64,000 bases of DNA from the human T2T-CHM13v2.0 reference genome, Homo sapiens, in assembly GCF_009914755.1 (NCBI RefSeq), contig NC_060936.1; one strand, written 5' to 3'. Below, piece by piece: positions 45,137 to 59,630 of the stretch (positions within the stretch are counted from its first letter, which is position 1; every line of letters starts with the position of its first letter). The position numbers and the translations under genes were made by a program. The notes beneath the pieces were generated by a model. It was given only the letters and a program-made list of their open reading frames with translations. It searched no databases and was not told the DNA's origin.

Positions 45137-46194
45137 TGTTGAGTGTTGCTGCTTCTGCTGCTGTAACAAATTACCAAAGCTGTAGTAGCTTAAAATGACA
45201 CCAATTTATTATCTTAAAGTTATTATGGTCTGTAGTTCAAAATGGGTTGGCAGGATTGTGTTCCTTCTAGAAATTCAAGAAGAGAATCCAATTCCTTGTC
45301 CTTTTCAATTTCAGGGGGTTTCATGCATCCAATGACTCACAGTCTCTTTCCTCCATCTCTAAAGACAACAGAGGTTTGAATTCTTCTGACACTGAATCAC
45401 TCTGACCTCTACTTTTCTTTTAACATTTCTTCTCTGGTCTTAATCCTGCTGTCTCAATTTTATAAAGCCCTTATGAATACATTAGGTCCACTTATGTAAT
45501 ACAGGATAATCTGTCTATCTGAAGATTCTTAATCACATCTACAAAGTCCCCTTTTGCCATGAAAGGTAACTGTGATGGTTAATATTAAGTGTCAACCTGA
45601 TTGGATTGAAGGATGCAGAGTATTGTTCCTGGGTATGTCTGTGAGGGTGTTGCCAAAGGAGATTAATATTTGAGTCAGTGGACTGGGAGAGGCAGACCCA
45701 CCCCCAATGTGGGTGGGCACCATCTGGTCGGCTGCCAGTGCAGCTTGAAAAAGCAGGTGGCTTAAGCTGGCTTTTGCTGAGTCTTCTGGTTTTCATCTTT
45801 CTCCTGTGCTGAATGCTTCCTGCCCTTGAACATCAGACTCCAGGTTGTTCAGCCTTTGGATTCTTGGACTTACACCAGTGGTTTGCCAGGGGCTTTTGTG
45901 TCTTTGGCCACAGACTGAAGGCTGCATTGTCAGCTTCCCTACTTTTGGGGTTTTGGGACTTGGACTGAGCCACTACTGGCTTCCTTGCTCCTCAGCTTAC
46001 AGACGACCTAACTTGGGACTTCACCTTGTGATCCTGTGAGTGAATTCTCCTTAATAAACTCCCTCTCATGTATACATATATCCTGCTGGTTCTGTCTCTC
46101 TGGAGAATCCTGACTAACACAGTAACATAGGCAGAGGTTCTGAAGATTAGGATGAGGGACATTTTAGGGGGAGAGCCATTATTGTACCTATCAC
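45137..46194 (-). mobile_element. MLT1C/D-like MaLR LTR, split by MLT2A
   Basis: GCTGCTGTAACAAATTACC...TTAATCACATCTACAAAGTCCCCTTTTGCCATG|GTAAC...GATTAGGATGAGGGACATTTT. Confidence 0.85.
45571..46121 (+). mobile_element. MLT2A2-like HERVL solo LTR, complete (551 bp)
   Basis: TGTGATGGTTAATATT...CCTGACTAACACA with 5-bp TSD GTAAC (45566-70 / 46122-26). AATAAA at ~46053. Confidence 0.9.
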
Positions 46195-47509
46195 GGAGGC
46201 CCACGATAGGGAAAAACACTATAGTTTTTTAGGATGATTTTCTAAAACCTCCATTATCCATGGGGGCCTGAGCTAAAATTTGCCTGTTGTTTTTCTGTGA
46301 TCATAAGGAAAATATTTGCTTTTTACTAGAGGCCAAGGGACAGTTTATGGGCATGGGGTTTCTTCTTTTGGAGTAGTCTGGAGGTGGGCTGATTCTTACT
46401 CATGTTTAGGGCATGTGGAAGTTACTCAGTGAGGGAAGGAATTAGGGCTCAAAATGACAGTAAGTGCCAATTTCCTCCTTAGCTTGCTTAAAGGTCATTT
46501 ACATTTGTCACAGGATATTTGACCAAGCTGTTGGTTGCTATCTCCATTGACAGAGGATACTCCAGTGGAATGAAAGCTAATTTTGCCCTCCTTTCTTCTA
46601 AGTTTTGGGCTTTTGGCCTCAGGGATTGTAAATGGCTTTGTGTTTCTTGTGCCCCTCCCACCCCTTAAAAAAAGTTATTAGGCACTTAAACTGCTTGATC
46701 CAGTTTAAGAAGGAATTTAGCTGGATGTTCTGGAAAGGGAAGAAATGAAGTCTGGTGTGGGATATTTCTGGATTGATAGAGAGGTTTAAGGTTATCAGTG
46801 CTGGATCTTGAGTAAGGGAAAGTGGATATGATTTCTTCCACAGTCAGGAACTATTGTGGCAATGCCCCTGGAGGCAGCTGGAATTCTGAAGGGGTCAGCT
46901 GATGTGTTTGCTGGATAGGCTAAGCATCAAGTTCCTCTGTATCTCCTAGACTACCCTAGAGGTTGCCAAGAAAGGAGCCTTGCGTTGTGAGAAATTATTT
47001 GGACATTGGTGACAGAAAACAAAATTCAACTGAATTGAACTATGAATGTAAATGTGTTGACTCATGCAACTGACAAGTCTGAGATGACAGCTGCAATCAG
47101 CTGCAGGGGGTTGGTGGCTGTACTCTCATAGGATCTTAAAAGCCTTTAAAAAGACCACCAGGCTGCCAGTCTTTCTTTCCCCTACTGTTTTTGTAATACC
47201 ACAGACCTGGGAAGAGAGAGGAACATTTGATTTATTTTTGGCTTTTTCAGGATCAGACATCTGGTACCAACACACCTGCATGATGTTTGCTCTAGATGGT
47301 TCATGAGTTCCTGAGAGCTCAGCTCTTCCCAAGATGTGCTCCTTCCAATTTTTTGGCTTGGAGATCACAAACCATGCTCCAGACTTTCTCCCAGGTCATA
47401 AGGGCATATTCTGACCCCAGCTCTCTCTGTCATATGTTAACAGAGTCCAATTCTTTCTCAACATGCAACTCCCTATAAACCTTTGAAGCCATTTTGCTTA
47501 GCAAAATAG

Positions 47510-48060
47510 GAGAAAATGAAGTGGAAAATTAGAAAACCCTCTACCCATAAACTTTAGAGTAAAATATAAATTGGTACATGTAAATAGTTATTTGTTAAAT
47601 ACTATCAAAACATAAAATATACTGTTCAGCTTCAAAGAGTATAATAGCACATGTACATGAAAATATACATACAAAGATATTTATTACATCATTTGTAATA
47701 GAATAATGTAAAAAGTAGTTGAATATCTGTTGGCACATCCTTACAGTAGGATGTTATAGAATTATTAAATGAATATACAGATAAGTTTTCTGTGACATAA
47801 TTTTTCAGTAAACATTAGAGACAGCAGCTTAAATTGTATGACATTATTTCTTTTAAATAATATTTAAATAATAAAATAATATTTATTTTAAAATGATTCC
47901 TTTTAAAAAATTTATGTTTTTATGTTGCTGCATATAAATATAAAAAATATGTATATTAACAGAGAGAAAGAAATGCCTGTTTGGATTTATAATAAAGGTG
48001 ATAATTGTACCCACCAAATATTTAAAGGTAGTTGCTAATAAAAGCAAATGTATTTATGTT
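47510..48060 (+). mobile_element. Ancient L1ME-like fragment
   Basis: AATATAAATTGGTAC and ACAAAGATATTTATTACATCATTTGTAATAG. Confidence 0.5.
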
Positions 48061-48078
48061 TCATTTAAATTTTATTTA

Positions 48079-48435
<357 letters not shown>

Positions 48436-49159
48436 TTAAGGCATACCTATCCTATCTCAACTACAGCAGCCTCAGCGTAGAAATAGTGAAGCTAGCAATA
48501 ATAAGCCACGTCTCCCTGAAAGCTTCTCTTATGTAAAACCTATAGGAGTGACAAGGTATGTGTGTGTTTGTGTGTAGGGGGGTGTATGTAGTATGTATCT
48601 TCCAGCTTTTTCTTTTTTCATTTTGTCTGCTTTCAGTGTGGTTTTTCTCCCAAGGCTCTTTGTGAAACCTATTTGAAAATGGTGGCCGCTGCTGCCCACT
48701 GTGAGATGTTAGACATACTCCCTCATCTGCCAACATTGCCCTCTTCTGTCCCTATGAATTTCACTGCCAACCCCAGTTCCTAATACCAAGTGCTATCACT
48801 TTCTTTGCTGATACTGGGAAACTCCTAGAATCACCTACGCGGTGCTTTGTTATCTGGAGTTCTTAGTGACAGCCTTATGCTATGTCCTGAGCTGTAAGTG
48901 AGAAAAATGTTGATCTTTTATGTTGCATTCTTCTAGAATAGGTGCTAAACTTTAATGTTCTGATGTTTTGCAGATATTTACCTACAGCCTCTTCTTTTGT
49001 ATTTCAAACATGAGCCCATGTGATTGCTAAGCTGAGAAAATTTGTCTAACAACAACAGAATGTACTGAGAACAACAATTCCTTCCCTTAGAATAACTCTT
49101 CTCCCAAGAGTTTTTGATGCCTCATGAAAATAGCGTGAATATTAAGAAAAATATCCACT

Positions 49160-49320
49160 AACATTCTGGAAGGATTATAAGATGTCAGGTATTGTTACAA
49201 GTGCTTTACATATATTCACTCATTTAATCTTCACAACGCTTTGAGGTGTATAGTAGAATGCATCATTTTCATTATGATAAAAACTGTGTGATATATTTCA
49301 AGCCACTCTATAGAGCAATT
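49160..49320 (-). mobile_element. MIR fragment
   Basis: AAGTGCTTTACATATATTCACTCATTTAATCTTCACAAC. Confidence 0.65.
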
Positions 49321-49974
49321 TTAATACACATTTTACTAATATTTATAAACATAGTCCTCAAAGCCCCTAAGTTAAAATTTAAAAATACAGACCAAGCTGA
49401 GTCAGAGTATCAGTTACTTTATCCACCAAAGGTTTACAAAAAAAAACTAGATTAATTTTAAAGCAAAAGCTATTTTGATATACAATGTATATAATAAGGT
49501 AGGATAAATTTATAAAGTAAGAAAAAAGAAAAATACTAAAGACCATACAAATACAGTCTGAATAAAGTACAAAATGAAATGGGAGTTACTTATGAAGAGG
49601 CATACTGCCAAGTTCTCTCTTGTGATCTGTGAAGTCAGCCTCATAATTTTCAGTTACTCATACCTATTCTCCCTTTCCTACATCAATTCATGGTCTAAAT
49701 CCTAATGTACTTCCATTGATATCCACTCCTACTGTTCTATTAATTTCCAAGCTGCTCTAAGTGTCCACGGACACTTGAGTTGGCCTTGTCCCCAAAATAC
49801 CTTTTCTACTACCATAGAAAAAAGGTTGTATTATTTCAATCCATTTCAGTTTAATTTTGGCTCCTAATGATCCACTGATACCTAAGAACTTAAAAACCAT
49901 ACCAAACTGTGAGATTTTGCACTCAACAATTTCTTTTTTGAACATAACTTCCACCTCTTTCATTACTACTTTCT

Positions 49975-52900
49975 TTTTTTTTCTTTTTTTTTAAATTACA
50001 CTGTAAGTTCTGGGATACGTGTCCAGAATGTACAGGTTAGTTACATAGGTATACACGCGCCATGGTGATTGCACCCATCAACCTGTCATCTGCATTAGGT
50101 ATTTCACCTAATGCTATCCTTCCCCTAGCCACCCACCCCTTGTAAGTTGGACTCCTAAATGGTGTGTGATGTTCCCCTCCCTGCGTCCATATGTTCTCAT
50201 TGTTCAACTCCCACTTATGAGTGAGAACATGTGGTGTTTGGTTGTCTGTTCCTGTGTTAGTTTGCTGAGAATGATGGTTTCCAGCTTCATCTATATCACT
50301 GCAAAGGACATAAACACCCTTTTTTATGGCTGCATTGTATTGCATGGTGTATGTTTGCCACATTTTCTTTATCCAGTCTATCATTGATGGGCATTTGAGT
50401 TGGTTCCAAGTCTTTGCTATTGTGAACAGTGCTGCAATAAACATACATGTGCATGTATCTTTATAGTAGGATGATTTATAATCCTTTGGGTATATACCCA
50501 GTAATGGGATTGCTGGGTCAAATGGTATTTCTAGTTCTAGATCCTTGAGGAATCGCCACACTGTCTTCCACAATGGTTGAACTAATTTACACTTCCACCA
50601 ACAGTGTAAAACCGTTCCTATTTCTCCATATCCTCTCCAGCATCTGTTGTTTCCTGACTTTTTAATGATCACCATTCTAACTGGTGTGAGATGGTATCTC
50701 ATTGTGGTTTTGATTTTCATTTCTCTGATGAACAGTGATGATGAGCTTTTTTTCATATGTTTGTTGGCTGCATAAATGTCTTCTTTTGAGAAATGTCTGT
50801 TTGTATCCTTCGCTCACTTTTTGATGGGGTTGTTTGATTTTTTCTTGTAAAAATTTGCTTAAGTTCCTCGTAGATTCTAGCTATTAGACCTTTGTCAGAT
50901 GAATAGATTGCAAAAATTTTCTGCCATTCTGTAGGTTGTCTATTCACTCTGATGACACTTTCTTTTGCTGTGCAGAAGCTCTTTAGTTTACTTAGATCCT
51001 ATTTGTCAATTTTGGCTTTTGTTGCCATTGCTTTTGGTGTTTTAATCATGAAGTTTTGGCCCATGCCTGTGTCCTAAATGGTATTACCTAGGTTTTCTTC
51101 TAGGGTTATTATTGTTTTAGGTCTTACATTTAAGTCTTTAATCCATTTTGAGTTAATTTTTGTATAAGGGGTAAGGAAGGGGTCCAGTTTCAGTTTTCTG
51201 CATGTGGCTAGCCAGTTTTCCCAACACCATTTATTAAATAAGGAATCCTTTCGCCATTGCTTGTTTTTGTCAGGTTTGTCAAAGATCAGATGGTTGTAGG
51301 TGTGTGGTATTATTTCTGAGGCCTCTGTTCTGTTCCATTGGTCTACATGTCTGTTTTGGTACCAATACCCTGCTATTTTGTTTACTGTAGCCTTGTAGTA
51401 TAGTTTGACATCAGGAACCATGATGCCTCCAGCTTTGCTCTTTTTGCTTAGGATTGTCTTGGCTGTATGGTTTCTTTTTGGTTCCATATGAAATTTAAAG
51501 TACTTTTTTCTAATTCTGTGGAGACAGTCAATGGTAGCTTGATGGAAATAGCATTGAATCTATAAATAACTTTGGGCAGTATGGCCATTTTCACAATATT
51601 GATTCTTTCTATCCATGAGCATGGAATGTTTTTCCATTTGTTTGTGTCCTCTCTTATTTCCTTGATCAGCAGTTTGTAGCTACCTTTGAAGAGGTCCTTC
51701 ACATCCCTTGTAAGTTGGACTGCTAGGTACTTTGTTCTCTTTGTAGCAATTGTGAATGGGAGTTCACTCATGAGTTGGATCTCTATTATTGGTGTGTAGG
51801 AATGATGGTAGTTTTTGCACATTGATTTTGTATCCTGAGACATTGCTGAAGTTGCTTATCAGCTTAAGGAGATTTGGGCCTGAGATGATGGGGTTTTCTA
51901 AATATAAATCATGTAACCTGCAAAAAGAGACAATTTGACTTCCTCTCTTCCTATTTGAATACACTATATTTGTTTCTCTTGCCTGATTGCCCTGGCCAGA
52001 ACTTCCAATACTATGTTGAATAGAAGTGGTGAGAGAGGGCATCCTTGTCTTGTGCTGGTTTTCAAAGGGAATGCTTCCAGCTTTTGCCTGTTCAGTATGA
52101 TATTGGCTGTGGGTTTGCCATAAATACCTTTTATTATTTTGAGATACGTTCCATCAATACATAGTTTATTGAGAGTTTTAGCATGAAGGGGTGTTGAATT
52201 TTATCGAAGGCCTTTTCTGCATCTATTGAGATAATCATGTGGTTTTTGTCATTCGTTCTGTTTATGTGATGGATTACATTTATTGATTTGCATATGATGA
52301 TCCAGCCTTCCATGCCAGGTCATGATGGATAAGCTTTTGGATGTGCTGCTGGATTTGGTTTGCCAGTATTTTATTGAGAATTTTCACATCAATGTTCATC
52401 AGGGATATTGGCCTAAAATTTTCTTTTTTTGTTGTGTCTCTGCCAGGTTTTGGTATCAGGATGATACTGGCTTCATCAAATGAGTTAGGGAGGAGTCCCA
52501 CTTTTTCTATTGTTTGGAATAGTTTCAGAGGGAATGGTGCCAGCTCCTCTTTGTAGCTCTGATAGAATTTGGATGTGAATCCTTCTGGTCCTGGACTTTT
52601 TTTGGTTGGTAGCCTGTCAATTACTGCCTCAATTTCAGTATTTGTTATTGGTTTATTCAGGGGTTTGACTTCTTCCTGGTTTAGTCTTGGGAGAGTGTAT
52701 GTATCCAGGAATTTATCCATTTCTTCTAGATTTTCTAGTTTATTTGCCTAGAGGAGTTTATAGTATTCTCTGGTGGTAGATTGTATATCTGTGTGATTGG
52801 TGGTGATATCCCCTTTATCTTTTTTATTGTGTCTATTTGATTTTTCTCTCTTTTCTTCTTTATTAGTCTGGCTAGCGGTCTGTGTATTTTGTTAATCTTT

Positions 52901-54544
52901 TCAAAAACCAGAAGAACTTCCCCAACCTAGCAAGGCAGGCCAACATTCAAATTCAGGAAATACAGAGAACACCACAAAGATACTCCTCGAGAAGAGCAAC
53001 CCCAAGACACATAATCGTCAGATTCACCAAATGGAAAAAATGTTAGGGCAGCCAGAGAGAAAGGTCGGGTTACCCACAAAGAGAAGCCCATCAGACTAAC
53101 AGCAGATCTCTCTGCAGAAACCCTACAAGCCAGAAGAGAGTGGGGGCCAATATTCAACATTGTTAAAGAAAAGAATTTTCAACCCAGAATTTCATAACCA
53201 GCCAAACCAAGCTTCATAAGCAAAGGAGAAATAAAATCCTGTACAGACAAGCAAATGCTGAAAGATTTTGTCACAACCAGACCTGCCTTACAAGAGCTCC
53301 TGAAGTAAGTCCTAAATATGGAAAGAAAAAACCAGTACCAGCCACTGCAAAAACATAACAAACTATAAAGTCCATGAACACTATGAAGAAACCGCATCAA
53401 CTAATGGGCAAAATAATGAGCTAGCATCATAATGACAGGATCAAATTCACACATAACAATATTAACCTTAAATGTAAATGGGCTAAATGCCCCAATTGAA
53501 AGCCACAGACCGGCAAATTGGATAAAGAGTCAAGACCCCTTGGTGTGCTGTATTTAGGAGACCCATCTCACATGCAAAGACACACATAGGCTCAAAATAA
53601 AGGGATGGAAGAATATTTACCAAGCAAAAGGAAAGCAAAAAAAAAAAAAAAAAAGAAAGAAAAAAAGAAAAAAAGAAAGAGTTGCAATCTTAGTCTCTGA
53701 TAAAACAGACTTCAAACCAACAAAGATCAAAAAAGACAAAGAAGGGCATTACATAATGGTAAAGGGATCAATGCTGCAAGAAGAGCTAACTATTCTAAAT
53801 ATATATGCACCCAATACAGGAGCACCCAGATTCAAAAAGCAAGCTTTTAGAGACTTACAAAGAGACTTAGACTCCCACACAATAATAGTGAGAGTCTTTA
53901 ACACTCCACTATCAATATTAGATAGATCAACAAGACAGAAAATTAACAAGGATATTCAGGACTTGAACTCAGCGCTGGACCAAGCGGACCTAATAGACAT
54001 CTACAGAACTCTCCACATGAAATCAACAAAATATACATTCTTCTCAGCACCTCATTGCACTTACTCTAAAAGTGACCACATAATTGAAAGTAAAACACTC
54101 CTCAGCAAATGCAAAAGAACGGAAATCATGACAAACAGTCTCTCAGACCACAGTGCAATCAAATTAGGACTCAAGATTAAGCAACTCACTCAAAACCCCA
54201 CGCTACATGGAAACTGAACAACCTGCTCCTGAATGACTACTGGATAAATAATGAAATTAAGGCAGAAATAAATAAGTTCTTTGGAACCAATGAGAACAAA
54301 GACACAATGTACAAGAATCTCGGGAACACAGCTAAAGCAATGTTTAAAGGAAAATTTATAGCACTAAATGCCCACAGGAGGAAACAAGAAAGACCTAAAA
54401 TTGACACCCTAACATCATAATTAAAAGAACTAGAGAAGCAAGAGCAAACAAATTCAAAAACTAGCAGAAGACAAGAAATAACTAAGATCGGAGCGGAACT
54501 GAAGGAGATAGAGACACGAAAAACCCATTAAAAAAATCAATGAA
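49975..54544 (-). mobile_element. L1PA7-like 4.6-kb insertion with 1.6-kb 5' inversion
   Basis: Antisense 3'UTR/ORF2 at 49975-52911 and sense ORF1-3'/ORF2-EN at 52908-54546. Perfect 15-bp TSD TCATTACTACTTTCT (49960-74 / 54545-59). Confidence 0.95.
53756..54217 (+). pseudogene. L1 ORF2p APE-type endonuclease fragment
   Basis: LNIYAPNTGAP, YSKSDHI and SLSDHSAIKL motifs. The catalytic GDFN motif reads RVFN, so the domain is inactive. Confidence 0.85.
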
Positions 54545-55696
54545 TCATTACTACTTTCTACATTGCCATGATCTTGTCTTTCTTTCATCCACTTACTCCT
54601 TTCATCATCTTTGTTAAATTTCTTTCCTGCCCAACTTTAATATTAAAGCCAAACACATGAATAATAAATTGTTAGTAACAATGTAGAAGTCCCTATTTTC
54701 TTTTATCAACTAATTTTGCATTTACTTAACTTATTTTGCATATGTTTATTGAATTCTAAGTTTAATAGTTCAAGGATTTGTTGAGATTATAGAGAGAATC
54801 AATATGCGGTACCTGTCCTTGATAAGGTCAAACGACATATTCAAATACAATCTTGTTAAAATTATTACTATAGAACATCCTGTGTTTTATTATAATTATA
54901 TGTGCTAAATATGTTTGAGTTATTATAGATGAAATTATTTTTTTCTTCCCACCATAATCAAGGAAAGCTTCATAGAATAGAGACCAATTGGTCTTAGCTT
55001 TGAGGAATAAGTAAAAATTTATCAGATTAAGAAATTTCCAAAGGAATAAGAGGAAAACAGAACTAAAAATGAGATAACAAAAGTCATAGAAAGTCATAAA
55101 CTCATGGGCTCTTGAGAGACCAGAGATTAAAGCACATTAAATGCCCTGCTGATGCGTATGGAACTTATCCAGAAAAAAATGGGAGTTCACAAAGGTTGTA
55201 AATGCAGGGTATGTCTGTGTTCTTAAATATTTTTAGCTAAAGCAGCCACTACTGAATAGCTGTGTGTCATAAAGAAGCATATAAATACTAGAAAAAAATA
55301 AATATTTTTATGTCAGTGACCTGAAATTCACTCTACTCTTTTGAATTAAATTTTTGAGTACTTGAGGGAAGAATAACATGTTAATTTATTCACAGTTAAT
55401 GACATGAATTAATAAATCGGAATAGATATCTGAACAAAAGCTTTCATGAAAAGAATGTAGAAGATATTATTTTCAGTGAAAAGAAATAAACATCTACACA
55501 ACAGAGAATGTTACTTAGAAGAACATATATAGGGAAAGCACCACTGAAATGTCCAGGCCAGGAATACTGGCTCCAGGCAACTAGAAAAAGTACACTTTTG
55601 TGAGGTCTATAATGTATCTGTCACTGTCTCAACAGAAAAACAGTGGCCAACTTAAAAGGTCATAAATAAAAATAATTTAATGAATGGCCTATGAAT

Positions 55697-56092
55697 TGCT
55701 GTGGTTTGAATGATTTTGTCCCCTCCAGAATTAATGTTGCAACTTAATTCCCAGTGCAATAGTGTCGGGGGTGGTGTCACCTTTAGGGGGTGATTGAGTC
55801 ATGAGCGCTCTACCCTCACGAATGGTATTAAGTTTCTTTATAAAAGGGCTTGGCAAGGGAAGTTTGCTCCTGTTTGCCTTTCCAACTTCTGCCATGCGAG
55901 GACACAGCACCCTCCCCTCTAGAGAATGCAGCGTTCAAGGCACCATCTTGTAAGCAGAAATCAGACACTAAACCTGCTGGCAACTTGATCTTGGACTTCC
56001 AGCCTCCAAAACTGTGAGAAATAAATTTCCGTTCTACATAAATCACCCAGTCTCAGGTATTCTGTTACAGCAGTACAAAATGGGCTAACATA
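55697..56092 (+). mobile_element. MST (MSTC/D-like) MaLR solo LTR, within an older LTR relic
   Basis: TGCTGTGGTTTGAATG...TTGATCTTGGACTTCCAGCCTCCAAAACTGTGAGAAATAAA...CCCAGTCTCAGGTATTCTGTTACAGCAG. Confidence 0.85.
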
Positions 56093-57479
56093 TAATCCTA
56101 GAGATTAAGGGAATAAATATCAAATGAGGAAAACTGATTCCAGTTCTAAACTTGAAAGGGAAAATGGAGTAATGATATTGCTAGAGCCCAGAGAAAGCTA
56201 GAGCCATGGGAGCAGGGCTGCAGCAGGAGCTGGAGCTTTGGAATGCAGCCATAGTGTTGCAGCAGGAAGGGAGCTAGTAGCAGAGCATAAATATACAGTC
56301 TCTTAGTCTCTTTTCTTTCCCACATTTTGATCTCCCTGCTCATGTCTCCCACAGGCAAAATTCATCCAGAAATCAAGAACAAAAGAGCCTGGGTGGCCAG
56401 TCTACAGAGGCCAACTTTCAGGAAAAAGAATCAGGGCAAAGAAGGGCAGCAAGAACTGGAAAGTCGAGTGAAGAATTCAGCAGCAAAGAGGAGAGGAAAG
56501 GGGGACAATGAGAATGGGGACATGAAGGAGGAGTGAAGGGCACTACAACCAAATCTTGATAAGTATTGGCCCTTAGCACAGACTGAACATAGGTTGAAAA
56601 GGAGAAGGTATTTTTCCTCTTGGGTATTTATGAAATACAAGCAGATTAATACACTTGTTTGGATTGTCATTTGCTTATTTAGATAAATTACTTCTTTTGT
56701 GTATTAATAATATTCATAATAACAACATAAAAATAACTTTACAACATTTTCATTTTTAGCCTAAATGTTACTCATTTCTCAAAATGGTTTTGTAATTTAG
56801 TAAAAAGACATGTAAATTTCAACTTACAGATCATCGTGATTTTACTTACAGTCTCAGTTCTTCAAATAAAAACTGTAATTTTCAAAACGAACAAACCTAA
56901 TGCATTCTAGTAATTCTTTTGGTTATTCTGTTATGCTTTATTAATGTTCCCAGATAAATCAGATAATATGTTATTATTTTAACCAAGTACACAATATAAA
57001 AACAATTCAGGTAAATATTGTTCTTATTTAGTACCAGGTGACAGACAAGTTTATGTAACTCTGGAACTAGTTATTTATGCTTATAAAATATTTTAATGCA
57101 GAAGCAATTAAATTATTAGTCAATCTGTTCATTAATTCACCAGTTCAAAAAATAATTACTCCATAACTATGATGGGTGAGTACTAATTGCTAATTAAGAT
57201 ATCTCTCCCTCTCCTCTCTTCTGTCTACCTTCGTGTCTATCTCTATCACTAGCTCTAGCTCTAGTTTTAATTTATCTCTACATATAAATACCCTAATTGT
57301 AGTGGCTTAAAATATTAAGTATATAACATATACATGTAGAACATAAAATAATCTTTAAATGCAAGTTAAAAGTGAAACAAAATAAAAACCTAATATAATA
57401 AAAGCTATGTCTTTGATGAAAATGAAACAAAATGCTATGAGTATGATGTCCTGAAGTTACTTTTTGTCCTTTTGTCTTT

Positions 57480-58150
57480 CACAGCCTTGCTAATATCTAT
57501 GAAAAATTATTTTTCCCATGTATTAGGTGAAAAGCCTTGAGGTCATCTTCGATGCCTCCTACTGATAACCCCACATCCAGGCCAACCACAAATTATTTCA
57601 GCTCTGCGTTTAAAACATATTCAGAATTCAACTACTCCCTCCTCCACCTCATAGCTACCACTCTGGTAAAAGTCACCATCATCTCTCACCTAGATTATTG
57701 TAACAGCTTCCCAGGTAGCATCACTGCTTCTTTTCCTGTACCACATTTAGTTTATTATAAACTATTATAATATGTTATAAGTTTATTCAGATTATGTCAT
57801 TTCATTGCTCAAAAATTTCTAGTTGCTTCCTATCTACTTAGAGGAAAAAACAAATTCCTCACTCTCACCTACAAAACCCTGCATGACTAGGCTCTCTTCA
57901 CTCTTGTTTTATCTTCCCCATCTCCTTTCCTCTTAAAAAAAAAAAAGTTTTCCTTTTTAAACAATGCTCCAGGCAAAATAGCTTCCCTGATGTTACCTTG
58001 AATGCTCATGCTCCTATCTCAGCTCATTTGAACTTACTTTGTCCTCTGCCTGCAATAATTTCAATCATTTGTATATCTATATGGCTAACTGCATCACTTT
58101 CTTGAAGTATTTAGTTGAAAGTCACCTTTCCTGTAGTTCTCTTCTGACCA
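57480..58150 (+). mobile_element. L2 relic
   Basis: GTCACCATCATCTCTCACCTAGATTATTGTAACAGCTTCC and CAGATTATGTCATTTC. Confidence 0.7.
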
Positions 58151-58174
58151 TCTATGAGAATTTTAAACTCCATG

Positions 58175-58465
58175 CCTACAACGTAGCAGCTTAAAACAGA
58201 AATGTATTATCTCTCATAATTCTGTGAGTTGACCGGGTTCAGGTGGGCAATTCTCATTGGGAATTTTTCACATGGTGTGTAGTCAAAAGTGTCAGCTGAG
58301 AGCTGCAACCATCTGAAAGTTTGAATAGGCTGGACATTTGAGGCTGACATGTTAAGGACAGAGCTGAATCTGGCAGTTGAGGCTGGCTAGTGTCTAGACG
58401 TTCAGCTGAGCTCTTGATCAAGGTCTTTATGTCTTCTCCATGTGATTTGGGCATTTTACAGCATT
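58175..58465 (-). mobile_element. MLT1H-like MaLR LTR fragment
   Basis: GCTTAAAACA...TCTCATAATTCTGTGAGTTGACCGGG...CTGCAACCATCTGAAAG. Confidence 0.65.
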
Positions 58466-59214
58466 GTTTCTTTTAAAGTTGCTTTTGGGACCTAGTAGAG
58501 AATGAACATTTGATCATGAAATATCAATGGGTTACACAAATTGAGCTACTTATCATAAACTCTATGTTGCATACAAAGATAAATGCCCTTACAGAAGAAC
58601 TAATGTAGAAACATATTCCAAGGAAACTCTTGGAGTCAGGATCTGTAGCAGCTGCACATGTCTCTGATTTCCCACTTATTCTAGGGCATGATCTAACAGG
58701 GTCATGCATCCATATTCATTAAAGGGATCTCAACTCTGAAAATGTGGAACTTTATACAAGATGAATGGAAAACACCAGACCCTCCCAAGTTATAGTCAGC
58801 TTTAAAATACAGATCAAGAATAAAATAGCAATATTTTGTGGCATAACCATGGTTCTAGCCCTTTCAGGTCACTATTTGTGGCTAAAGGGTAGAGTAACTA
58901 GCCCTTTCTTCAGCATAATAGGAAGGAGCTGGGTCCAACCTTTGCAATTCATTAAGATATTCCTTGGCTGACTTCCATGAAGCTTTGAAGGAAGCCAACA
59001 ACTTCTCAGGGAGGCCAACCATCAAGTGGACCATCAGTCTTGGACAAATTAAACTTTATCTCTCAAATAGGTGTTGCCTGAGCCTTTGTTCCATAAGTAA
59101 GCCCAGTCTCAAACAGGTCTGAGAGGTGTGAATTATATGCCTTCCTCTTCCTTATTCTTACTCCGTTGTTATCTTTCTTTCAGCTCCTATCTGTGTCTTC
59201 ATGGGGAGTTCCCT

Positions 59215-59630
59215 GAATTATTCGAGTAATGCTAGCTGCAATAAAATAAAACCCAAAATTTGAGAGTTTAACATAATAGAAATGTATTTCTCACTCTTGT
59301 AAAGTACAAAATAGCTATTTATGATTGAATAGTTCTCTCCACCAAGCAGGGACACTTGTTCTTTCCATTTTCAATATGTTGCTCTGCCTCTTCAATATGT
59401 GGCTGTCAATGCCACTGTGGGAAAGAAGAATACTTGTGGAATGACTCAGAGTTTCTTTATCGAACTGGTCTCCGTGTAGCACACATAAGTTTTATCTGCA
59501 CTCTACTGACCAGAATTCTGTCATCTGCCCATACTTAACTTTGAGGAAGACGAAAAAAGAGGGCCTAAATGTACATTTATGAGGGAGAGAATATAGGTTT
59601 TGTGATTAATGAACATTCTCCGCCATGTTT
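59215..59630 (-). mobile_element. MLT1J/K-like LTR fragment
   Basis: TAATGCTAGCTGCAATAAAATAAAACCCAAAATTTGAGAGTTTAAC and CCAGAATTCTGTCATCTGCCC. Confidence 0.55.

Noticed and set aside
50037-50756. 239-aa ORF with CCHC-like motif
   Set aside because: L1 ORF2p C-terminus frameshifted into the 3'UTR. Not a host gene, and the element is truncated and dead.
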